The position numbers were made by a program, and so were the translations under genes. Shown here piece by piece: positions 26,101 to 37,394 of a DNA stretch of 64,000 bases (position 1 is the stretch's first letter; each line of letters starts with the position of its first letter). Location of the stretch: contig JBHGNT010000001.1 of the NCBI GenBank assembly GCA_043228905.1, forward strand, positions 10,354,001 to 10,418,000. The letters run 5' to 3'. The notes under the pieces were generated by a model that had not been told where the DNA came from, made no database searches, and was given only the letters and a program-made list of their open reading frames with translations. Source of the DNA: Azolla caroliniana. Lineage: Eukaryota > Plantae > Polypodiophyta.

Positions 26101-26570
26101 GTTTTTCTACTAACACCAATTACCTTAGATAGCTCACTGATGTTTATATCGTCAACATCACTATTAAGTAACATCATTAGACTAGACCTTTTTAAGACAA
26201 GATCATCTTCTGACCTGCTCATGGATACAAAACTATTACGAAGATTATTTACTAAAATAGATGATATGTTTGCATTAAGACCATCACAATCAACTAAGTC
26301 CTTTATCGATGGATAATTACATATTCCATAAAGTACTACCTTCTTTTCTTCATTGTTGATGTGCTTGGTTTGAACATTGAAATAGTCTACAACCTTTCTC
26401 TCTATGATGGTAGTTGCATTACTTACATTCTCAACTAAACTATCCTTAACTTTATTGAGTGTGGCTTTCGTATCTTTCAACAATTGACGATGTTTCCTTT
26501 TTTTTTTCTGCCCAATAGTTTCGTATGGCTTGTTGTGTCCTGATAGCATCATCCCTATCCTTATGATCAT
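23130..26570 (-). pseudogene. Sola-like DDD transposase, two exons, one in-frame stop
   Basis: Exon 1 to 25869 (..LLDVPQ) splices in frame to 24965 (VDLFIRFKRMHP..FESLKP); VVDFAENY, EIQSMHW, WSDGATSQFK, FFGFGHGKGEHDGAG, C-terminal CFCFHC; TGA at 24051-24053. Superfamily call from recalled motifs. Confidence 0.8.
24985..25825. repeat. TAGCTAATTAGCTA array in the transposase intron
   Basis: 20-bp units TAGTAGCTAATTAGCTATTC/ATCA, plus a larger duplication. Confidence 0.96.
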
Positions 26571-26949
26571 TGAGGGGTAATTCTAAACACCCTTCTTCCC
26601 CTTCCATTTGGCTGGACATGTTAAAACCCTAAATTTCCAGAAAAAAAAACAAGTATTTAAGATGGCTATGGGCAACAACAATACACAAAAATATTCCACA
26701 ATACACAAGATTAGACACAACAATACACAAAATAATCAATAGACAGAAAAGTTATTGCAATCCAAGACCGAACAGTAGAGGAGTTCACTCTGTTGGATCG
26801 AATAGTTGAGGAGGCGATCCAAGACCGACGACCATGGCGACAACTGAGTGTAGAATGTTGCCGTTGGATGAGTGAACTCCGTCAAATCGAAATGTGGAAG
26901 CAATCCGGGATTGGACAATAGCGGCAATTGAGTATAGAATGATGGCAAT

Positions 26950-27610
26950 GGAGGAGAGAACCCCGTCAGATTGAACAGTTACCGATGATGCTTGGAATGC
27001 ACATAGAAGGCACCTGAGAGTACTGTGGCACAGAGAAGAGAACCTCGTCAGATTGAACAGTTACCAATGATGCTTGGAATGCACAATAGCGGCCCCTGAG
27101 TATAGAGTGGCACAAAGAAGAGAACCCCGTCAGATTGAACAGCTCTTTGATGATGCTTGGAACGCACAGTAGCGGCCCCTGAGTGTAGAGTGGCACAGAG
27201 AAGAGAACCCCGTCAGATTGAACAACTCTTTGATGATGCTTGGAACGCACGGTAGCGGCCCCTGAGTGTAGAGTGGCACAGAGAAGAGAACCCCGTCAGA
27301 TTGAACAGCTCTTTGATGATGCTTGGAACGCACAGTAGCGGCCCTTGAGTGTAGAGTGGCACAGAGAAGAGAACCCTGTCAGATTGAACAGCTCTTTGAT
27401 GATGCTTGGAACGCACAGTAACAGCCCCTGAGTGTAGAGTGGCACAGAGAAGAGAACCCCGTCAGATTGAACAACTCTTTGATGATGCTTGGAATGCACA
27501 GTAGTGGCCCCCTGAGTGTAGAGTGGCACAGAGAAGAGAGCCCCGTCAGATTGAGCAACTCTTTGATGATGCTTGGAATGCACAATAGCGGCCCCTCAGT
27601 GTAGAGTGGC
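26950..27610. repeat. 83-bp tandem repeat (about 8 copies) upstream of the transposase
   Basis: Unit GTCAGATTGAACAGCTCTTTGATGATGCTTGGAACGCAC...AGAACCCC; degenerates leftwards. Confidence 0.95.
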
Positions 27611-28307
27611 GGCAGGTGGACTCGATAGGGTTTAGCAACAGTGGTAGCAACTAACCCACAGTACTCAACTAGAGATGGCCTACGTGATGTGGCAAAGGAT
27701 CATGCATAATGGAGCTAGGAATTCGATATATAATTTATGGTACACATTTATGGTGCACACATCAATTTATGTTGCACATTTATGGCACTCATTTACATAT
27801 GTAATTAAAACACTCTAGTATTTTCAATGGTAGTTTTTTGCATACTTAATTTATTAATGATGGCTTTTTACTTAAATGACTATTTATCAATGGTAGCTTT
27901 TTGCATAGCTAATTAGCTATGTCAAGGACATAGCTAATTGTTTCACTTCTCAAATGCGTGGGATGTCTATCATGCATCACATGTAATGCATGAATGCCAA
28001 ATGGCGATCATGCATCACATGCATTTCATCCACTACATGCATGTCTTGTACCCTCACATGCATCATATGCATGGGGGCACCTATTTAAAGAGGGAAAGGG
28101 AAAAGAGGGGGAACAGGAGACGAGGAATATTATTGTAATAGGAGGGACAAGCTATATTATTGTACAAGAAATATTTTGTACTCATCTTCAAATATCAATA
28201 CAAGTTATTTCCGTTTCTCCTCTTTCTTTGACAAGAAGCCTAGTGCTTACTTCCCGGATTCACGATTTTCTTTTTGTTTGCTCTCGTACGCCGAGATCAA
28301 CGCGATA

Positions 28308-31300
28308 ACGGTAGGCTACATCCCAAAACTCCAAGCAAAGACGAACTTCTGCGAGCATTGTCGATATGGGAAACAAACCTGAAGTCTGCACACTCTCCAC
28401 TACGAGACAGTACGAGACAGTCCCTAGAGCTCGTGCACATAAATATATGTGGGCCCATGCCAGAGCGATCACTAGGAGGCTCATGGTACTTCATCACCTT
28501 TGTAGATGACTGTACACGGAAGGTCTAGCCCTACTCGATCAGGTCCAAAGACGAAGCACTCGAGGTCTTCACTTGGTGGACATCCGAAGTGGAAAACTGG
28601 TCAGGACATAGAGTGAAGACACTCAGATCTGACAATGGAGATGAGTACACCTCCAGAGCCTTCAAATAGTACCTATCTAACAAAGGGATCCGACATCAAA
28701 AGACCGTTCCCTACCCACCCATGCAAAATGGAGTGGCAAAACGGATCAACAGAACGATCCAGGAGAGGGTGACGGAAATGCTCCAGCAAGCTGGACTGAA
28801 ACTAGAATTTTGGGCAGAAGCTTTGCAGACGGTAGTATACCTGATAAATTTGGCGCCGTCAAGAGAAATCGGGCTTGAAGTGCCACAAACACTATGGTCA
28901 GGCAAACAACCGACCTACGATAGGCTCCATACATTTGGATGTGAAGCCTACACGTTCATCCCCAGGGATAAAAGGACAAAATTGGCACCCCATGCAACGA
29001 AATGCATATTTCTCGGCTATGGAACCGATGGGGAATTTGGCTATAGGATATAGGACCCTGATAACCGGAAATTGATCCGGAGAAACGTAATCTTCAATGA
29101 AAACTCTATCTTCTCTCAGCAAAACCAACAGAGAACAGTTGGTAAGAAGGTATCCTTTGAACATGATAGAGTTGTCATAGAAGAACCGACCCACCAAGAC
29201 AAATAAAAGATTCGACAAACAATCGAACTCGAACAAGCCAACAATATACGTGTTGACTCCGAATCGGCAACAAGCCCAATTGTTGCACTCAAAGACAAAG
29301 TCATCAAAGACACAGCTGAATCAACAAGAGTCGAAAAAGGCATAGTCAATAAGATGCAAGTCCAAGATAGAACCGAGTCGACAAAGCTCACAAGGGAAAA
29401 CGGTACGACACCGTTGACGTCCCAACATGGGGGTGGGTCATCTAACAAGACTCTTGACACAAGTGGTTCAACAAATACTAATCGCCCAACCGAGTTGATC
29501 GAAGAATCCGAACCACTTATCTCAACACCCAGGAGATTTGGACGAGCTCGAAAGCCAACAGAGTTTTTCCAATTGGGCCTTGACTACGTCAACTACACCA
29601 ATGCAGGTGAACCAAACACTTATGAAGAATCTATAGGTGCAACAGACACCGACACATGGCTACAAGCCATGAAATCTGAAATGGACTCGATTCACAAGAA
29701 TCAGACATGGGAGGTAGTTGAACTACCAGCTAGAAGGAAGCCGCTACCCTGCAAATGGGTTTTTCGATATGTACAAATATGTATCTGACTCAGAAAAACC
29801 CAAGTACAAAGCTCGACTCGTTGCGAAGGGATTCAAACAAGAATACAGGGTTGACTACGACGAGATATTCTCACCAGTAGTGAAGATGACCACCCTCCGA
29901 CTCCAACTAGGCGGTGTAGGGACAAAATATTTGGAGCTCGAGCAGATGGACATAAAGATGGAAACAAGCGCCGAGGATGTGGTACTAGAAGTTTGACTCC
30001 TACATCAGGCAGCTTGGATACCGCTGATCTGACTCAGACCCATGTATGTACACTTGGCAACTAGCTGACGATTCTAGGATTTATCTGATCCTATACGTCG
30101 ACGACATGTTGATTGCAGGAAGCAATCAAGCAGAGATCGAAAAGCTGAAGCGGAGCCTTCACGACAAGTTCACGATGAAGGAACTCGAACAAGCTTGTCA
30201 CATACTGGGCATGAGGATCGATTGAAATCGGACGACCAAGACTGTTCTCCAACTCTCCTAGTCCGACTATATTCGGAAGGTGTTGAAGCGCTTCAATATG
30301 GAGAATGTGAAGCCAACACCAACACCGCTTCCGACGTCGATCGGACTATCGGACAAAGACTCTCCTGCAACGGACAAGGAGAGAGAGCTTAATGGAAAGA
30401 TGCCCTACGCATCGACCGTAGGAAGTACCATGTACGCAATGGTGGCGACCCGACCCAACCTAGCCCATGCTGTAGGGGTGGTCAGCCGGTACATGTCAAA
30501 CCCAGGGCGGAAGCATTGGGAGGTTGTCAAGCACATCCTTAGGTTTTTGAAAGGAACCATGTGTTATCCGTATAGGTGTACGGGATGGATAAGGTGTAAT
30601 GTGTATGCTGTGTAAAGTCTAAGGTATGTAATATGTAATATCTATATGAGTGTGTGAGCACATGCACAATTATGTGCATGTGACAAGAATGTAATGGTAG
30701 TCTTATTTATAACGGTCATGTAACCATTACATTGGATGTATTATATAAACCCCTTATGGGCATGTAATGAATATGCATTTTTCCTCTCTCACATTTGTGT
30801 CATTTTCTATTTGTCTTTCTGTCTAGCTCTCTCTCTAACTTAACCCCCCCTTGGGAGGGGGGTGAAGCCATTCTAGGCTTCACCCCCCACCCCAACAACA
30901 CCATGGATGCACAACTGACTTTCGGACTGACAACCACAACCAAAGTCGAAGGCTACACCGATTCCGACTATGCCTAGAACATGGACAATCAAGAATCGAC
31001 ATCAAGTTACATCTTCACCTATGGTGGCGGTGCGATATCATGGAGGTCGAAACTTCAAGAGGGCACGACTCTGTCGATAACAGAAGCCAAGTACATAGCA
31101 TCATCGGAGGTAGTGAAGGAAGTGATCTCGTTGCATCGACTGTCTGCCAATTTCTCAACTATAAGCCAAATCGACCGACCTACGCCAACCATCTATTGCG
31201 ACTCACAGAGTGCAATACACCTCATCAATAATCTTGTCTATCACACAAAGACAAAGCACATTGAGGTGCGGTATCATCACATTCGGGAGCTCACAATTGA

Positions 31301-31415
31301 GAAGAAACTCGAGATTCTGAAGATTGACACCGAGGTGAGCATCATCGATTGCTTGACAAAGCTACTCCCAAATCAATGCTTCGGAGCACTAAGGACAAAG
31401 ATGGGACTACAATAA
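28308..31415 (+). pseudogene. pol: Element C integrase, RT, RNase H
   Basis: FCEHCRYGKQ, YFITFVDD, QNGVAKRIN, KARLVAKGF, YVDDM, ATRPNLAHAV, YTDSDYA, KHIEVRYH; internal RT deletion near 29960. Confidence 0.92.
30562..30900 (+). mobile_element. Solo LTR (339 bp) in element C
   Basis: TGTT...AACA with perfect TSD CCATG; TATATAA; removal restores LKGTM|DAQLTFG. Confidence 0.9.
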
Positions 31416-31645
31416 GCGATTGAGCAGAAGAAAGCCGAACGAGGAGAAGAAGATAAGAGTCGACCGAATCAATCATGATAATGAGCCATGCTAGGCTCAA
31501 CACGGACCTCACCTATGCCGAATCAACTATATGCCGACCGACTTGTAACATAAATTTATATTAGTGTTGTAATCTATGTTTACCGGGGAGACAACCCCAA
31601 AACTTTTGTATACATAAGAAAGAGTAGTCCTTTTACGGGGGAGTT

Positions 31646-31926
31646 TGTTGGCATAAAAGGCCGACTCCTTCCATTGTGTATCCTAGTGTGAACTCATCCA
31701 CATAGTTAGGGCTTAGTATATATACGCAACAATCTAACGTTGTAAAGTGACGATCTTCTTGATCATATATTGAATATCGAGTTTCTGAGAGATAGAGACA
31801 TATAGAACGTAATAGAGCTTCCATTAAAGCTTCAATTTGTGTATATCTTTGCTTCTCTTTCTGTGATGTTTTCTGAGTACGAATTGAGACAGATCCTCAT
31901 ACGTTTCCACATACACTTACACTTCA
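31646..31926 (+). repeat. Element C 3' LTR
   Basis: Follows GGGGGAG PPT; matches 8824-9104. Confidence 0.92.
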
Positions 31927-34900
31927 CCACCAATGCCAAGAGGACAGGAACAGTTCCAGAGAGTTCGGTAGAAGGGGGAGCCAGCCGCCGAACCGAGCAA
32001 TCGTAACAGCTCAATCGAATGTGGGTACTGTGGAAAATTCAGCCACTACGAAGAGGAGTGTCGAAAGAAGAAGCGAGAGTTGGCCTCGACCAACCGACAA
32101 CTCACGAACTACACTTCGAATTCCGAGTACGACGATCGTGGCAGAATGTTCGTAATGAGGCAGGAAGCACATTCGATGGACCGGTTTAGGCTCCGACAAC
32201 ACCTCTTCTTCAAACAACGTATGGTTTGTCAACTTGGGTGTGTCCAATCATATGTTGGTTCCAAGAATTACGAAAGCCCGATCGGCCCGGTTATGTCGAA
32301 ACAGGCGATGACAGAACTCATTCAATTCGGCACATCGGAAACGTCCCATTCGAAAACGACGGCAAACAAACCTACCTCAAGAACATCTTCCATGTCCCAA
32401 CCATGACGAAAAACCTTGTCTCGGTAGGCCAGATTGTCGAACAAGGCATGCGAGTACAATTCAGAGGAGATGAAATTGGCTATGTTCGCAAAAGGCTTCA
32501 AAGTCAAAATAGACTTTAAATTGTGGCACAAGAGAATCACCCACATCAATCTCCAAAAGCTCCAAAACATGCAGTCGAAAGGAGTCGTAATCGTACTCTC
32601 GACATTTACCAAGAAAGAGATTACGGGCATATGTGAGGCATGCCAATTTGGAAAACGACGCCGACATTCGTTCTCGAAAGAGAGGAACGCGAGCAAAGGG
32701 ATCATGGATGTAGTACATTCAGATGAGTGGGAACCGGCACAGACATTCACATTTGGCGGATGCCGATATTATGTCACGTTCATTGACAACTTCTCCAAGC
32801 ACACCTGGATCTACCCAATGAAACAACCACTTCCAAAGGTTCAAAAACGAAGTCGAAAAAGCCACGAGTCGGCACGTACGCTGCCTTCGATCAGATGCAG
32901 GCAAAGAATATTTCTTGGATGAGTTTACGGCATATCTCCGAAAGGAAGGACGATGAGAATTCTCGTGTCGACATACACCTTAGCAAAATGGTGTAGCCGA
33001 ATGGAAGAATCGATACATAGTAGAAGTTCCACGGGCAATGATGAATGAGAAGAACCTGCCAAAATCGTATTAGGTACAAGCGGCAAACACAACCATATAT
33101 CTCATGAACATGTGTACAACCTCTGGGGTAAACGACGTTGTCGCATTGTTACGCGCTGTCGTGAAGAAACCCGGCCATAGGCGGAATCGGAGAGAAAGCG
33201 CGTAAACCGGCCCCTGCATGGATGGACGCGTGACTGGTTACTTTGTACGCGAACCGGTGGATGTGACTACTAAGCCACACGCATTTATGAGAGGGGGATT
33301 GTGCGTATCCCAAAAAGGAGGGGGGGTGGGGAATAAAAGGCAAGAGAGGAAGAGAAAGAAGGAGATCGCGCGCGAGGGAGAAGGGAAGCGCTGCTGCAGA
33401 AGGGAAGTCGAGCTCTCTCTCTGCTCGAGCTGTCGTTCTCTGTGGGTCCGTCGCCGCCTGTGGGAGTGCGCTGCCTCTGCTTCGTGGACAGCCCATGTGC
33501 TTCCAGCAGAGTCGCTCCCTTTTCCCTTTGTTTCTTGGAGTCGGGTGACTGTCGTCGGTGTGCGTGAGTAGGGTCCCCGTGTCGGGTCCGTCGCCGCCTC
33601 GTCGGTTGTAACTGTCAGGTATTGTAATCTCTTGTCATTATAATTAAGTGTTACGATTCTATCTATTTCCTTCTTGCTTTTCGTGTCGGTGAATCTCTCT
33701 CCGTCTCTCTCTCTCTCGCTCCTTGGTCCAAGACCCCCCTGGTCCCGCCCCTTTCCACACGTACACGCGTAATAACGTGACATCTTTGGTGAACCCGACG
33801 TGAACAAGCGGCAAAGGAGTTGAAAGATGAGGGGATCGGAGCTAGCGGAGGCAATGGCGGTGGCCGTCGACTGGCTGGTGAGCGCTCATGAGGGAACGGG
33901 TACCCTCGACAGAGCCATTGAATCGATCATCGGCTCTATAGGCCGTTTCGGAGGGAAAGACGCCACAAGTTATTTGGAGGCTTACCGGGCCGAAATGATC
34001 ATGAGGGATATCCGGTGGACAGGCGGTTGTCCGGATTCCCTCGGGTGGTGACGCCGGGCATCCATGCGGAGGTGCTCGAGGTGCTGGCCGGATGCCAGAC
34101 TTGGGAGGAGTTTGAGCTGCAGCTCCTCGAGAAGTACGGGTTCGACGACTGGCTCCGGCTGTCGAGGCGGGACTTCATGGCGTGGGTGGAAAGCCCCGGA
34201 AAAGGGAGGAACACGTCGGTTCTCCTCCAGGAGTTTGGAAAACGGTTCGCGCGGCTGTTGACGCTGGACCGGACAGTGCTCGAAACAAGTCGAGTGCTAC
34301 TGTTTGTCAAGTCGGTGGATGCGCTCGACAGGGAAAAGGTGGGTCCCCTACTGGAAACGGACGAAGGGCTCACGACGGATTGGGCCATGGTGAAACGGGT
34401 CTACAGCCGTTTCGACAAACGACGCGATTGGAGCGACGAAAGCACGTCGGGGTCGGGGCCGGTCTCGGGGAGGAGGCTCGAGGAGCCGGTTTCGGTGCCG
34501 TTTGGGAGGAAGGAAGAGACCCGAATCTGGCCGGAGTCGGGGTCGAGATCGAGCGACGTGGCTAGAGGCCCATCCGGAGGAGTGGCTCTGGAGGAGCTAA
34601 CACAGATGGTGCGCGACCTGCAGATCGCACAGGCCCGGAGAGACAACGGTGAACAACCTCGCGACCGGAGGCCGCCGGCTGGGTAGTGGTGCATGTGGTG
34701 TGACACGATCGGTCACATTCGGAAGGATTGCGCGGATTTCGCCGACGCGCTCAGGACCAACGTGGTGTACCTCTGGAACGAGCTCACGCAAGCGAGACCC
34801 AGAGAGCCCTAGAACTGAATACGGGGCGCGGTGGAATGAAGAGGTTAATGGAAGAGGCCGTGGCATGACACGTCGAAGCCGTTAACTACTCAGTGTCGGC

Positions 34901-35947
34901 GGTAATTCAGGTCGGGGGTGATGAGACCCGGAAGGCGAAGGACTCTGGATTCTGGCCGCTAGTGCTAGAAGGCCTCTCCAGAGTTCGGTTGAGGAAGGAA
35001 GAGGTGGAACAACGGGTCCAGGAGGTCACCGGTTGGGACGATCCGGTCGAAGAGAAAACGGGCTTCGTAGAAGCCGCTTGCCAGAACTACGAGGTTCTGG
35101 TGGAGGACAAACGGGTAGGAAAGGCCGGAGGGGTTGGCCCCCCGAGGTATGAGACCCGTTTCGGACCGAAACCCACCGGTACCGGCAACCCAAGCGTGCC
35201 GGATGGGAAGAAGCAGGCGGGGTTTTGGTTTAGCACCGAAATCGAGAGAACAACGGACCTACGGAATGTCCTTGAAGAGCGGATCCTCGACAGTAAAGTA
35301 GAACTGTCGTTGCGGGAGGTGCTGGGAATCGCCAAGAGGGAGTTGCACGACTCTATCGTAGACTTGGTGAAGCGGAAGAGGCTCTCGACGAAGCCGGTGG
35401 AAGTGCGGACCACGCACCTGGAAGATGGAGCCTTGGAAGATGAGCTAGCGGGAAGCCACTACATGAAGCCGCATTGGGCCAGGGCGACTACGGAAACCCC
35501 AGTACAGATCGGCAATGTTCTGGAACCAGTGGTGGCGTTGGTAACGATGGATCCGAAATCAACCTGATGTCCATGGCTTTCTACAAGAAGGGTAAATGGC
35601 CGATCAACACCAAGCATGGCTGGAAGATACGGGCAGCGACGCACGCCACGGAAGAACTACATGGGGCCTGTCCGAACGTACGGGTGAAAATCGGCGATGT
35701 CGAGATCGACCAACACTTCTTCGTGTAGGAGACGTCCTCGCATCCGGTTATACTGGGAGAACCATATATCATGGCGGCACGGATGGAAACCAAGGTGCTG
35801 GACAATGGTTCAGCCTATGTAAGAGTCAAGAGCCAAGACGGGCGTCACTCGGTCCAGTTCCTAACGGTGCGACCAAACCACGAGCGTAACCGCGAGGCCC
35901 TCGGCAGCGAAACCCGAGGGGATTTTTAGAGAGGGCTGTCAAGGCGT

Positions 35948-37394
35948 TGTCGTGTGAATCTTCACACACTATGTAAAAAAATAATGAAATAATTATTATA
36001 GATTAGATTAGTATCTTACTATAGAAAGATGGATATACTCAAGAGCTTCAAAATGTATTTTACTATATACAAAATGGAGAAATACATATCAAGTTTGAGA
36101 AGATAGGGAAATTAGAACTATCCCACATAGATAGGAAAGTTAAGGCCCTAGCTATATAAACACCTTGAGCTCCCTCAATTTTCATTTGTGCTAAGAGCAA
36201 TTTGGCCACTTTGTCTTGATGGATGATGGTAGCCAAATTCCCTAAAACCGGAAACCGGCCGGTAAGCAAATTCGGAAAACGGGTCTGGTAAGCAAATCCG
36301 GAAAACGGGTTTGGTAAGAAAATCCGGAAACCGGTCGGTATGCAAAACCGGAACCGGCCGGTATGCAAAACTAGAACCGGAACCGGTCGGCAAGCAAAAC
36401 CGGAACCGGTATGCAAATCGGAAACCGGCCGGTAAGCAGAACCGGAACCGGCAAGCAAACCGGAACTGGCCGGCAAGCAAAACTGGAACCGGAACTGGTC
36501 GGCAAGCAAAATCGGAACCGGAACCGGCAAGCAAAATGGAACCGGTCGGCAAGCAAAATCGGAACCTGAACCGGCAAGCAAAATGGAACCAATCGTCAAG
36601 CAAAACCGGAACCGGAACCGGCAAGCAAACCGAAACCGGCCGGCAAGCAAAATTGGAACCGGAATTGGCAAGCAAAATCGGAACCGGAACCAGCCGGCAA
36701 GCAAAATGGAACCGGCTACCAGACGAGGTTGGACACGGACGGACGAAAGATTGGATCATGCAACAAACTAAAGTAAAGTGAAGAGAACTAAAGTAAAGGC
36801 CAAGTGGATGCAAGCAACTAAAGTTGGAGTGCATGGAAAAAGTAAAGGTCATGTGGACAGTCACATGCAACCAAAAGAAAAAGCTAGGCAACTAAAAGTA
36901 GAGGCCATACAACAAAAAGTGGAAAGGCTATGATCAAGGGAGAACTCCATATTTATTCCATTTTTTTTCCTACACTAGGGGGGACTCTCCATATTATCTT
37001 AATTTTTTTTTCTTTTCTTTGGGAGCTCTCTTATATTATTGAAGCCAATAACCCTAATCTTCCCTACGGAAGCTATCTCTCAAGTAAACCATAATTTCCA
37101 TACGGAAGCAATCTCTCAAAATCCAAAATTCCTTGTCAAAGCCATATCACTCAAGAATCCTAATCTCTTATTTCCTCTAATCTATTATTCTAATCATCTC
37201 CATAAGATAAAACTTTTGTAATCCCAATCTTGGGATTGATTGTAATCTTTCTTTCCCTTTTATTAATGAAATTTGTTAATCTTTCTCACTTCGGTTAATT
37301 CTTAGTACATAAATACACGAATTTGATATCCTCTAGACAAAGGCCCCGGGGTCCTGCCTCAACGTTCACGTATCCTCGTTGTATTTTCGCGACA
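35948..37394. mobile_element. Solo LTR (1447 bp) in element G
   Basis: TGTCG...CGACA termini, perfect 4-bp TSD GCGT; removal restores the G reading frame. Confidence 0.9.
36245..36720. repeat. AACCGG / GCAAGCAAA minisatellite inside the solo LTR
   Basis: Repeated ACCGGAACCGG(CCGG)CAAGCAAA units. Confidence 0.93.

Larger units (their letters stand above)
17322..27948. mobile_element. Element E: two-gene DNA transposon (Sola-like, probably Sola2), right end clipped
   Basis: Interrupts D 3' LTR; left end GGGTAAAAG...AGTGGAAACA, right end TGTTTCACTT (partial inverted repeat); transposase on minus, spliced cargo gene on plus. Confidence 0.8.
10607..28307 (+). mobile_element. Element D: tRNA-Trp-primed Ty3/Gypsy, AT-rich lineage
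   Basis: 5' LTR 10607-11259; 3' LTR split 17088-17321 + 27949-28307; PPT AGAGAGGGAGGA; 4-bp TSD GCGG/ACGG; removal restores RLMA|VGYIPKLQ in C. Confidence 0.93.
8824..31926 (+). mobile_element. Element C: full-length degraded Ty1/Copia with nested insertions
   Basis: LTR pair 8824-9104 / 31646-31926; PBS TGGTATCAAAGC at 9107; purine tract before 3' LTR; TSD CCACT/CCACC. Confidence 0.92.
8768..33138 (+). mobile_element. Element F: old Ty1/Copia backbone (pieces 8768-8823 and 31927-33138)
   Basis: RG-rich gag linker continuous across insertion C; ECGYCGKFSHYEEEC knuckle, LWHKRITH, ICEACQFGK, integrase YYVTFIDNFS; cut by LTR of H at 33139. Confidence 0.78.

Noticed and set aside
26950-27610. 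Possible CRISPR array
   Set aside because: Whole 83-bp unit repeats with no unique spacers; no cas genes; eukaryotic context
29955-30065. Foreign insert in C reverse transcriptase
   Set aside because: Reads KQAPRMWY*KFDSY in another frame; a simple internal deletion
36063-36891. ORFs of 150-240 aa on both strands
   Set aside because: Translation of the minisatellite inside a solo LTR
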